Of a stretch of 64,000 nt of DNA, positions 35,919 through 53,769 are shown one piece after another. Numbering within the stretch: the stretch's first letter is position 1; every line of letters begins with the position of its first letter. This stretch comes from Macrostomum lignano (Eukaryota), in NCBI GenBank assembly GCA_002269645.1, contig NIVC01003013.1, positions 61,428-125,427 of the forward strand, written 5' to 3'. The position numbers and the translations under genes are program-made. Under the pieces are notes generated by a model. The model made no database searches and was not told the DNA's origin. It saw only the letters and a program-made list of their open reading frames with translations.

Positions 35919-38900
35919 TTAGCAGTCTATCCAGACTGCAGGCAATACAATCGCGATGAAACCGATCCAGAGGTGAAAAATCCAGCAGACAGCTGTTGAA
36001 ACTCCGCTAACTGGGCCAGCGGACGTCGTTGACGACGCCAGACTCGAATACCAATTGGGTTGAGGACAGTCAGCCTCCCAGCCCACTGTGACATTGTTCC
36101 TGGCGTTTTCTGCCCGTATCAGGGTGTACAACGGCTCAAAATAATCAAGCAGTGGCTGGGCGCTGATGTGCCTGACTCCGCTAATTTCAAATAAGGTGTC
36201 TTCCCAATGCTCAGATGATCCTTTTGACAGCAGAGCTCTGAAAAAAATCGAGAAGTAATAAACGTGTTTACATTCTGTCTTAACTTTTTCATTTCATCAA
36301 CAGTGTCCACGATTGGGAATCCAGAAACGATCTTTATCGTCGCAGGCACCCATTTTAGCGCCGTAGGCACTCATTTTAGCGCCGTAGGCACTCATTTTGG
36401 CGCCGCAGGCACTCATTCTGGCGCCGCAGGCACTCATTCTGGCGCCGCAGGCACTCATTTTAGCGCCGTAGGCACTCATTTTAGCGCCGTAGGCACTCAT
36501 TTTAGCGCCGCAGGGCACTCATTTTGGCGCTGCAGGCACTCATTTCAGCGCCGCAGGCACTCATTTTAGCGCCGTAGGCACTCATTTTAGCGCCGTAGGC
36601 ACTCATTTTAGCGCCGTAGGCACTCATTTTAGCGCCGCAGGGCACTCATTTTGGCGCTGCAGGCACTCATTTCAGCGCCGCAGGCACTCATTTTAGCGCC
36701 GTAGGCACTCATTTTAGCGCCGCAGGCACTCATTTTGGCGCTGCAGGCACTCATTTCAGCGCCGCAGGCACTCATTTTGGCGCCGCAGGCACTCCTTTTA
36801 TCGTCGCAGGCACCCATTTTAGCGCCGTAGGCACTCATTTTAGCGCCGTAGGCACTCATTTTAGCGCCGCAGGCACTCATTTTGGCGCCGCAGGCACTCA
36901 TTTTGGCGCCGCAGACACTCATTTTGGCGCCGCAGGCACTCATTCTGGCGCCGCAGGCACTCATTCTGGCGCCGCAGGCACTCATTTTAGCGCCGTAGGC
37001 ACTCATTTTAGCGCCGTAGGCACTCATTTTAGCGCCACAGGCACTCATTTTGGCGCTGCAGGCACTCATTTCAGCGCCGCAGGCACTCATTTTAGCGCCG
37101 CGGGCACTCACTTCAGCGCCGCAGGCACTCATTTTAGCGCCGCAGGCATTCATTTTAGCGCCGCAGGCACTCATTTTAGCGCCGCAGGCACTCATTTTAG
37201 TACCGTAGGCACTCATTTTAGCGCCGCATGCACTCTTTTTAGCGCCGCAGGCACTCATTTCAGCGCCGCAGGCACTCATTTTAGCGCCGCAGGCATTCAT
37301 TTTAGCGCCGCAGGCACTCATTTTAGCGCCGTAGGCACTCATTTTAGCGCCGTAGGCACTCATTTTAGCGCCGCAGGCACTCATTTTGGCGCCGCAGGCA
37401 CTCATTTTGGCGCCGCAGACACTCATTTTGGCGCCGCAGACACTCATTTTGGCGCCGCAGGCACTCATTCTGGCGCCGCAGGCACTCATTCTGGCGCCGC
37501 AGGCACTCATTTTAGCGCCGTAGGCACTCATTTTAGCGCCGTAGGCACTCATTTTAGCGCCACAGGCACTCATTTTGGCGCTGCAGGCACTCATTTTGGC
37601 GCCGCAGGCACTCATTTTAGCGCCGCAGGCACTCATTTCAGCGCCGCAGGCATTCATTTTAGCGCCGCAGGCACTCATTTTAGCGCCGCAGGCACTCATT
37701 TTAGTACCGTAGGCACTCATTTTAGCGCCGCATGCACTCTTTTTAGCGCCGCAGGCACTCATTTCAGCGCCGCAGGCACTCATTTTAGCGCCGCTGGCAT
37801 TCATTTTAGCGCCGCAGGCACTCATTTTAGCGCCGCAGGCACTCTTTTTAGCGCTGCAGGCACTCATTTTAGCGCCGCAGGCACTCATTTTAGCGCCGCA
37901 GGCATTCATTTTAGCGCCGCAGGCACTCATTTTAGCGCCGCAGGCACTCTTTTTAGCGCCGCAGGCACTCATTTTAGTACCGTAGGCACTCATTTTAGTG
38001 CCGCATGCACTCTTTTTAGCGCCGCAGGCACTCATTTTAGCGCTGCAGGCACTCATTTTAGCGCCGTAGGCACTCATTTTAGCGCCGCAGGGCACTCATT
38101 TTGGCGCTGCAGGCACTCATTTCAGCGCCGCAGGCACTCATTTTAGCGCCGTAGGCACTCATTTTAGCGCCGTAGGCACTCATTTTAGCGCCGTAGGCAC
38201 TCATTTTAGCGCCGCAGGGCACTCATTTTGGCGCTGCAGGCACTCATTTCAGCGCCGCAGGCACTCATTTTAGCGCCGTAGGCACTCATTTTAGCGCCGC
38301 AGGCACTCATTTTGGCGCTGCAGGCACTCATTTCAGCGCCGCAGGCACTCATTTTGGCGCCGCAGGCACTCATTTTGGCGCCGCAGGCACTCATTTTGGC
38401 GCCGCAGACACTCATTTTGGCGCCGCAGGCACTCATTCTGGCGCCGCAGGCACTCATTCTGGCGCCGCAGGCACTCATTTTAGCGCCGTAGGCACTCATT
38501 TTAGCGCCGTAGGCACTCATTTTAGCGCCACAGGCACTCATTTTGGCGCTGCAGGCACTCATTTCAGCGCCGCAGGCACTCATTTTAGCGCCGCAGGCAC
38601 TCATTTCAGCGCCGCAGGCACTCATTTTAGCGCCGCAGGCACTCATTTCAGCGCCGCAGGCACTCATTTTAGCGCCGCAGGCATTCATTTTAGCGCCGCA
38701 GGCACTCATTTTAGCGCCGCAGGCACTCATTTTAGTACCGTAGGCACTCATTTTAGCGCCGCATGCACTCTTTTTAGCGCCGCAGGCACTCATTTCAGCG
38801 CCGCAGGCACTCATTTTAGCGCCGCAGGCATTCATTTTAGCGCCGCAGGCACTCATTTTAGCGCCGTAGGCACTCATTTTAGCGCCGTAGGCACTCATTT

Positions 38901-41900
38901 TAGCGCCGCAGGCACTCATTTTGGCGCCGCAGGCACTCATTTTGGCGCCGCAGACACTCATTTTGGCGCCGCAGACACTCATTTTGGCGCCGCAGGCACT
39001 CATTCTGGCGCCGCAGGCACTCATTCTGGCGCCGCAGGCACTCATTTTAGCGCCGTAGGCACTCATTTTAGCGCCGTAGGCACTCATTTTAGCGCCACAG
39101 GCACTCATTTTGGCGCTGCAGGCACTCATTTTGGCGCCGCAGGCACTCATTTTAGCGCCGCAGGCACTCATTTCAGCGCCGCAGGCATTCATTTTAGCGC
39201 CGCAGGCACTCATTTTAGCGCCGCAGGCACTCATTTTAGTACCGTAGGCACTCATTTTAGCGCCGCATGCACTCTTTTTAGCGCCGCAGGCACTCATTTC
39301 AGCGCCGCAGGCACTCATTTTAGCGCCGCAGGCATTCATTTTAGCGCCGCAGGCACTCATTTTAGCGCCGCAGGCACTCTTTTTAGCGCTGCAGGCACTC
39401 ATTTTAGCGCCGCAGGCACTCATTTTAGCGCCGCAGGCATTCATTTTAGCGCCGCAGGCACTCATTTTAGCGCCGCAGGCACTCTTTTTAGCGCCGCAGG
39501 CACTCATTTTAGTACCGTAGGCACTCATTTTAGTGCCGCATGCACTCTTTTTAGCGCCGCAGGCACTCATTTTAGCGCTGCAGGCACTCATTTTAGCGCC
39601 GTAGGCACTCATTTTAGCGCCGCAGGCACTCATTTTGGCGCTGCAGGCACTCATTTCAGCGCCGCAGGCACTCATTTTGGCGCCGCAGGCACTCCTTTTA
39701 TCGTCGCAGGCACTCATTTTAGCGCTGCAGGCACTCATTTTAGTACCGTAGGCACTCATTTTAGCGCCGCATGCACTCTTTTTAGCGCCGCAGGCACTCA
39801 TTTTAGCGCTGCAGGCACTCATTTGTTTTAGCGCCGCAGGCACCCATTTTAGCGCCGAAGGCGCTATATTTTGGCGCCCTGAAGAAAAATTATTGATTAC
39901 TACAACGACTGACAAAGTGGGTGGGGGACAAAGTATTGGGACATGCCCCCCTGTCCCCTCCCCCTCGGTGGCGACGCGCCTGTACATGCCTAACGATAAA
40001 TAAAGTTAGGGCCGCTGTACACTCCTGTGTGAGTGCCTGTGCGTATGACTGCGCACGTATCCGCGCGCTTGTGTCCCTGCTCAGGGGAGTCTGCGGAATG
40101 GGCAGCAATGCCTCTCACCGGTTATGTGACAATGCCGCTTAAAGTGCGCCCAAGGTGCACACAGCCCCCTGCTTGTCAGGACTGAGTAATCTTTGTTTAT
40201 GCATAATAAAGCATTCACGCATGCAGTATAAAAGACTTTAACACTTAATCCTTACTTCAGTTTCGCACCGGCCGCTGAGCTATTGTAAATGCAGCATTTA
40301 TGCAAATTTTCTGTAACTCCAGCAGCGTTGCAGAGCGACTTGTGAAATTGGAACGTCAGTAGAGTGCTGACAAAGTACCTGGAAATGATACGATTGAGTA
40401 TAGTCAATCTTCTTACATAGTAGGATGAACAGAAAGATTGAGAGAAAAATAAAACAAATAGACAACCTCATGTACTCCACATCAGCCACCACGTGATAAA
40501 TGGACCCCGGATCGAAGTCCTCTTCCGATCGCAACACCGGACTGGAAAGCCCCATCAGGCGGCATCGCAGGTTCACCCACTCAGCATTCCAGCGGTGCTG
40601 GGGCACCTCGTCTTTGAACAGCTTGTACCGATAATGATCCACCAGGTAGCTTTGAGGCAGAATAGCGATCTCTTTTAAAGCCACCAGGTAAAGCAAATTA
40701 GCATAGAACTCTTTGGACTTGTTGCCGGCTTTGAGCAGTCCTATCATTCTCAGATAACTCGGCGTCATTACCGACAGCGCAATGGTGTCTCCGATGGCCT
40801 CGTGGAAGCCGGGGTTGCCGCCTCTGCGAAACAGCACGTTCTGGTGCTCGTACTGCATAAAATATTGCACGTGACCCATTTCGTGGTGCGTCACAGTGAG
40901 AAAGTGGACGTCAACCGAGGTGCACTGCCTGATTCGAAAGTCGCCTCGGTTTGTGTAGAAATCCCAGGCAGAGGCCTGGCACAGAATCTCAGATCGGCCA
41001 GGCGGTTTCTCCATCATGGACTTCTCCCAGAAGGTGTCGGTCATTTTGCCCAAGCCTAGCGAAGCGAAAAAATTTTCGCTAACCTCAAATATTCGTTTCA
41101 CTGTCCAGTTCTGCGTTAAGGGTAGAGTCGAGGTCGTATTGTACGCTTGTTTATTTTCTAAATTATTTGGTATTTTACAGCCAGTAAACATTGACTCATG
41201 TTTGGCCTCTTTTTCCTTCTGCATGGATAGCAACTCACACCTCAGCAAATCCGATCCTTCTATTCACCCTGCCCCAACAAGATTCCCTGGTATCCTAGGG
41301 ATTTCCTGAATCTTCCTTGCAAACCAGGTCACTCATAGAAGCCTAGATCCCCATAGCAAACCTAGGTCCCCATTTTAGTCGGAGGCAAGGGCTGTGTGCA
41401 CCCTGGCTGTGCACACAAATTGTCGCACAACCGGCGAGAGGCATTGCTGCTCATTCCGCGGCCGACTCCCCTGAGCAGGCACACAAGCGCGCGGATACGT
41501 ACGCAGTCATACGCACAGGCATACACTCACACAGGAGTGTACAGCGGCCCCAACTTTATTTATCGTTAGACATGTACACTTCAATGTGCCTTGGGGGTTG
41601 GCCCTCATGATTACAATTCCAAATTTAGCCCCAAAATGAATGTTACGAGCTACTGCACTTGGAATCGAGCCTGAGCCGCTGGCGCTAGACCACTAGGTTG
41701 CGCCTCCACCTAGATCGCATAGCAACCCAGATCCCATTATCCCAATAGCAACCCAGATCCCCATTACAACCCAGATCTCCATAATAACCCAGATCCTCAT
41801 AGCAACTCAAATACAACTGGCAAACCAAATCATAACAACTCAGATCCTTATAGCAATCCAGATCCCCATAGCAACTCAGATCCCCATAGCAACCCAGATC

Positions 41901-44900
41901 CCCATAGCAACTCAGATCCCCATAGCAACTCAGATCCCCATAGCAACTCAGACCCCCATAGCAACCCAGATCACCATAGCAACTCAGATCCCCATAGCAA
42001 CCCAGATCCTCTTAGCAATTCCCAGATCCCCATAGCAACCCAGATCCTCATGGCAATTCCCAGATCCCCAAAGCAACCCAGATCCCTAGAGCAACTCAGA
42101 TCCCCATAGCAACCCAGATCCTCATAGCAATTCCCAGATCCCCATAGCAACTCGGATCCTTATAGCAATCCAGATCCCCGTAGCAACCCAGATCACCATA
42201 GCAACTCAGATCCCCATAGCAACCCAGATCCTCATAGCAATTCCCAGATCCCCATAGCAACCCAGATCCCTAGAGCAACTCAGATCCCCATAGCAACCCA
42301 GATCCTCATAGCAATTCCCAGATCCCCAAAGCAACCCAGATCCCTAGAGCAACTCAGATCCTCATAGTAACCCAGAACTCTCCTAGATTCCTTAAGAAAC
42401 CCTGATGCAGGCGCTGCTGTACAAGGCTCTTCTCACCTGCTCCTTCATTTCCCGAGTAATATCAATCTTGGGCTCGTCAGGAAACGGCTGACTGATGGAA
42501 ATCAAATCGCTCCACCTGGCGCCGCTCATGTGGCCCAGAATGTGTGCCGGGATGTGGCCGGTTGGCGGGAAGATCTCCTCACCGTATCGCTTCTTGAGCG
42601 CGTGCCTGACATAGGCATGCAGCTCCTTGTAGAGCGGCATCACAGCTAGCAGCAGGTCTGACATGAGCTTCTCAAAGTCCTGCCCAGGTTTTGGCTCATA
42701 ACTCGACTGCCAATATTGGGCGTAGTTGTCGAATCCGGCCTCAACCGACAGTTCTCTTGTTAGCTCCACGTACTGCTGGTACGCCTGTCTCACTCGCCTA
42801 CCCGTGGCATCTTGCCATCGTGTCCACAGGAGTCGTTTGGCCTCTTCTGACACTTGGACATCGCTCATCAGATTGCTCACGTCTGGTGCAGGAGGATCGG
42901 AGAAAGTGATCGACATTTAGTTCGCAACCCTCAGCCAGTCGCCTTTGATACTTCAGTAGCTAGTTCTTGATACTTCAGTAGCTAATCCTTGATACTTCAG
43001 TAGCTAGTTCTTGATACTTCAATAGCTAATCCTTGATACTTCAGTAGCTAATCCTTGATACTTCAGTAGCTAATCCTTGATACTTCAGTAGCTAGTTCTT
43101 GATACTTCAATAGCTAATCCTTGATACTTCAGTAGCTAATCCTTGATACTTCAGTAGCTAGTTCTTGATACTTCAGTAGCTAATCATTGATACCTCAGTA
43201 GCTAATCTTTGATACTTCAGTAGCTAATCCTTGATACTTCAGTAGCTAGTTCTTGATACTTCAGTAGCTAATCCTTGATACTTCAGTAGCTAATCCTTGA
43301 TACTTCAGTAGCTAATCCTTGATACTTCAGTAGCTAATCCTTGATACTTCAGTAGCTAATCCTTGATACTTCAGTAGCTAATCCTTGATACTTCATTAGC
43401 TAGTCGTTGATAATTCTGAAGCTAGTAAAGGCTTATGTGTTTTAAGAATAATTCTAGGCTACTCGTACCTATGCAGCCTCCGATGCTTAACATGAGTCCA
43501 TAATACCTGCATTCATTAATTAATAGATAAAAATTATTCTATTACTTAACAAATTCGTATCTTACTAGGTGAATAAGGAATCTCTTGCTTCGTGATTGGA
43601 TCTTCAACTGTCGCCAATCGGTAGACATTTGACATTTGGGAGATCAGCTTGTTGCGCTGAAAATGCGTGCGGTTGACCGGCTTTGATAGGAATGGTGGAA
43701 GAAAAGGAATCTCGGGAAGGGGAATCTCGGGAGGGGGAATCTCGGGAAGAGGAATCTCGGGAGGGGGAATCTCGGGAAGGGGAATCTCGAGTAGGGGAAT
43801 CTCGAGAAGGGGAATCTCAATTAGGGAATCTCCATTAAGGGAATTTCGGAAAGGGGAATTTCTAATAGGGAATCTCGGGTAGGGAATCTGGCGTAGGGAA
43901 TCTCAGGAAAGGAATCTAAGGAAGAAATTCTCGGGAAGAGAATCTTGGAGGGGAATCTTGGGTAGGGAACCTCGGGAAGAGAATCTTGGGAAAAGAATCT
44001 CGGGATAGAGAATCTTGGAAAGGGGAATCTCGGGAAGGTGAATCTCGGGAAGGGGAATCTCGGGAAGGTGAATCTCGGGAAGGGTAATCTCAAGTAGGGA
44101 ATCTCCATTAAGGGAATCTTGGAAAGGGGAATGTCTGTTAAGGAATCTCGGGTAGGGAATCTAGCGTAGGGAATCTCAGGAAGGGAATCTTAGGCAGAAA
44201 TTCTCGGGAAGGGAATCTTGAGAGGGGAATCTTGAGTAGGGAATCTCAGGAAGAAAATCTCGGGAAAGAGAATCTTGGAAAGGGGAATCTCAAGAAGGAG
44301 AATCTCGGGAAGGGGAATCTCGGGAAGGTGAATCTCGGGAAGGGGAATCTCGAGTAGGGAATCTCCATTAAGGGATCTTAGAAAGGGGAATTTCTGGTAA
44401 GGAATCTTGGGTAGGGAATCTGGCGTAGGGAATCTCAGGAAGGGAATCTTAGGCAGAAATTCTCGGGAAGGGAATCTTGGGAGAGGAATCTTGGGTAGAG
44501 AATCTCAGGAAGAAAATCTCGGGAAAGAGAATCTCGGGAAAGAGAATCTCGGGAAGGGGAATCTCAGGAAGGGGAATCTCGGGCAGGGGAATCTCTGGTA
44601 TTGAATCTCGGGAAGGGAATCTTAAGAGGGGAATCTTGGGCAGGGAATCTCGGCAATTTCAACACGATTTATGACAGTCTGAGATCTCACGAGCTTTCGT
44701 TTTTCCGTATCGTTTAGAACAGAGAAGCCAATGTCGGCCGCCTTGGAGAACAATCGTCTCAAGGTTTCATTCCGAAAATTGCGCCAATCAAACAGCTGAT
44801 CCATTTCTAATCGCTTCATGCGGCGGAATTCTCCGTAATCCGTCAAATTATCGGCCTTCTCACTCTGGTTGCCAGGACTCAAGCCTACTTGAGCAGTCCA

Positions 44901-45047
44901 AGCTGCTTCGTGCATTGCTGTCAGATATTTTCTGTACATCTCAGTGAAATCTTTCAGCCAAATTCTGGCTTCGGTTTCATTTCTGCTGCGACCGCACAGA
45001 GCAGTGGAAGCCAACAAAAGCAGGCATATTGGGGTGAAGAAATGCAT
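35919..45047 (-). CDS. ACE: ACE-like peptidase family M2, single domain, ~659 aa (ACE-A). Exons 45047-44691, 43656-43566, 42882-42437, 41110-40467, 40378-40256, 36237-35919
   Basis: Signal peptide [18 protein letters not shown]; HHEMGH zinc motif; GFHEAIGD third zinc ligand; LHAYVR; FDPG..YH; hydrophobic C-terminal tail. Exon lengths 357+91+446+644+123+319 = 1980 nt, all GT-AG and in frame. Confidence 0.95.
36340..39880. repeat. 21-bp minisatellite GCACTCATTTTAGCGCCGCAG (~165 copies) with 504-bp and 1535-bp higher-order structure
   Basis: The TAGTACCG variant occurs at 37201, 37705, 37978, 38736, 39240 and 39513. Confidence 0.97.
39981..40175 (+). repeat. ~190-bp interspersed repeat, copy 1 (inverted partner at 41388-41578)
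   Basis: TGTACATGCCTAACGATAAATAAAGTTAGGGCCGC... aligns by eye to the reverse complement of 41388-41578. Confidence 0.88.
41388..41578 (-). repeat. ~190-bp interspersed repeat, copy 2
   Basis: See copy 1. Confidence 0.88.
41655..41712 (-). other. Possible tRNA-derived SINE head fragment
   Basis: Minus strand reads GGTGGAGGCGCAACCTAGTGGTCTAGCGCCAGCGGCTCAGGCTCGATTCC, with A-box-like and B-box-like (GGCTCGATTCC) motifs. No full cloverleaf. Confidence 0.3.
41720..42390. repeat. ~19-21-bp minisatellite CATAGCAACCCAGATCCCC
   Basis: Direct inspection. Confidence 0.9.
42945..43410. repeat. 22-bp minisatellite CTTGATACTTCAGTAGCTAATC
   Basis: Period 22 (43031 to 43053). Confidence 0.93.
43700..44650 (+). 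repeat. G-rich ~15-bp GGGGAATCTCGGGAA minisatellite in ACE-A intron 1, with three ~265-bp blocks
   Basis: The TCCATTAAGG marker occurs at 43831, 44104 and 44364. Confidence 0.9.
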
Positions 45048-45469
45048 GCTTTTGTGCAGGGATATTCAGGTCAAAACAGCCCTTGTTCTGCTTGATTTTT
45101 CAAACTTTGCCTTTTTATCTTCTTGGCATTTTGTTGGGGGCTTTCTGTGTTTTCCATTTGCAGTTGGGACACCACCCCCCAGATGAAGAGCTGAAGAAGA
45201 TGTGTTTGGCAATCAGCCCCCAACCCCCATGCAGCAATTAACCTGATGCGCCACTCACACCTGCCTCTAAAAGCTCGGAGTGGCCCAGCAGTTCACTTGC
45301 GCAGTTGTAAAACTGTTCTGCATTCCTGACCGAAAACTGGCGGTCTATTCGGGAGCCTGATGGCCTGTTCAGCCTCCATGATGAAGTAAATAAATAGGAT
45401 TGAGGATATTTGTGCCGCATCAGCTTTCACCGAATTTCTCTGATGGATTCATGATGCTTAATGGGAACT

Positions 45470-46136
45470 GTCTGACTGACTAACTGGCTGACTGACTGAC
45501 TGACTGACTGACTGACTGACTGGCTGACTGGCTGACTGACTGACTGACTGACTGACTGACTGACTGACTGACTGACTGACTGACTGACTGACTGACTGAC
45601 TGACTGACTGACTGACTGACTGACTGACTTGAGTGAGTGGGTGACTGACTGACTGACTGACTGACTGACTGACTGACTGACTGACTGACTGACTGACTGA
45701 CTGACTGACTGACTGACTGACTGACTGACTGACTGACTGACTGACTGACTGACTGACTGACTGACTTGAGTGAGTGGGTGACTGACTGACTGACTGACTT
45801 GAGTGAGTGGGTGACTGACTGACTGACTGACTGACTGACTTGACTGACTGACTGACTGACTGACTGACTGTCTGACTGACTGACTGACTGACTGACTGAC
45901 TGACTGACTGACTGACTGACTGACTGACTGACTGACTGACTGACTGACTGACTGACTGACTGACTGACTGACTGACTGACTGACTTGAGTGAGTGGGTGA
46001 CTGACTGACTGACTGACTGACTGACTGACTTGAGTGAGTGGGTGACTGACTGACTGACTGACTGACTGACTGACTGACTGACTGACTGACTGACTTGACT
46101 GACTGACTGACTGACTGACTGACTGTCTGACTGACT

Positions 46137-46168
<32 letters not shown>

Positions 46169-46196
46169 GACTGACTGACTGACTGACTGACTGACT

Positions 46197-46247
<51 letters not shown>

Positions 46248-46292
46248 TGACTGACTGACTGACTGACTGACTGACTGACTGACTGACTGACT

Positions 46293-46343
<51 letters not shown>

Positions 46344-46970
46344 TGACTGACTGACTGACTGACTGACTGACTGACTGACTGACTTGAGTGAGTGGGTGAC
46401 TGACTGACTGACTGACTGACTGACTGACTGACTGACTTGACTGACTGACTTGAGTGAGTGGGTGACTGACTGACTGACTGACTGACTGACTGACTGACTG
46501 ACTTGAGTGAGTGGGTGACTGACTGACTGACTGACTGACTGACTGACTTGAGTGAGTGGGTGACTGACTGACTGACTGACTGACTGACTGACTGACTGAC
46601 TGACTGACTGACTGACTGACTGACTGACTGACTTGAGTGAGTGGGTGACTGACTGACTGACTGACTGACTGACTTGAGTGAGTGGGTGACTGACTGACTG
46701 ACTGACTGACTGACTGACTGACTGACTGACTGACTGACTGACTGGCTGACTGACTGACTGACTGACTGACTGACTGACTGACTGACTGACTGACTGACTG
46801 ACTGACTGACTGACTGACTGACTGACTGACTGACTGACTGACTGACTGACTGACTGACTGACTGACTGGCTGACTGACTGACTGACTGACTGACTGACTG
46901 ACTGACTGACTGACTGACTGACTGACTGACTGACTGACTGACTGACTGACTGACTGACTGACTGACTGGC
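45470..46970. repeat. (GACT)n microsatellite with TGAGTGAGTGGGT interruptions, between the two ACE start codons
   Basis: Direct inspection. Confidence 0.97.
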
Positions 46971-47112
46971 TTAGCAATTCGGCTGCACGCTGCACAGTAA
47001 CCCTCAGGCCGCACTGCAATCAAGTCACGTGGTCTGATTGCACAAGATAGCCCACCGCGCGCAAAAAATTTCCAGGTGTATCTAAATTCGCAGGTATTAA
47101 AAGCCAACTATT

Positions 47113-52906
<5,794 letters not shown>

Positions 52907-53769
52907 TAGACGGACTTCTGACGCCTTCCAGTTAACCTTATAAACTCGTGTTATTTAATCAGTAAAGGAGTGAATGTTATGTAAGGATAAAATTCCTTAA
53001 TGAGTATGAACAAGCCCTGCAAACATCAAATTTGGCGCCATCCTGACACTTATTTTAGCGCCCATCCTGACACAAATTTACAGGCCCCTCCTGGCAATAA
53101 ACTTAGCGCCCGTCCTGGCAATAAACTCAGTGCCCTTCTGACGCCCAATTGACACATCATTTGGCGCGCAATCAACCCAGATATCAGTGCCAAAATTTGA
53201 CACTAAATTTGAGCGCCTTCTGACACAAACTACAGTAGTACTGACATTCTGCCTGACTGACTCTGCCTGACACCCCTAGAAGTAGTTCGCCCTTAGTTTA
53301 ATCAAAATCTAAACTGTAATACGCGGACCTCTTCACAACGGAATTCCGATATATTTCGCGTACTTCACAACCGCACTATTGTTATCAGAAAACAAATATA
53401 TAATACGATGTAAAAGCTTCTGTACTACTCATTGAATAAAGTAGTGCATTGAGCCCTATGGATCGCATCCTACTCATATAACCGAGTGTCTCTAATGAGA
53501 GTTGAAGAACCAACTCGTTATGAAATTTTCACGCGAGCTGAGCAAGCATAAGAGTACTTTTAGGGTCTTAAGCACTGCTTTGGCCTGACTTAAGGCATTG
53601 ATTGACTACAGAAGATCTTGCAGAACTTTCTGTTTAGAATAGTACTAAACACATTTTTACTCGAATGACTGATCCTCAGAAATGTACAAGGTCTTTAGAA
53701 TTTTCGGATAGACCGTTTGTAAGTACATTGATTGATGATGAACCCCTCAATTTGCTGACACTTTACTAG

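Noticed and set aside
36629-39987. 488- and 593-aa GAKMSAC repeat ORFs
   Set aside because: 21-bp satellite inside the ACE-A intron, whose flanking exons splice in frame without it.
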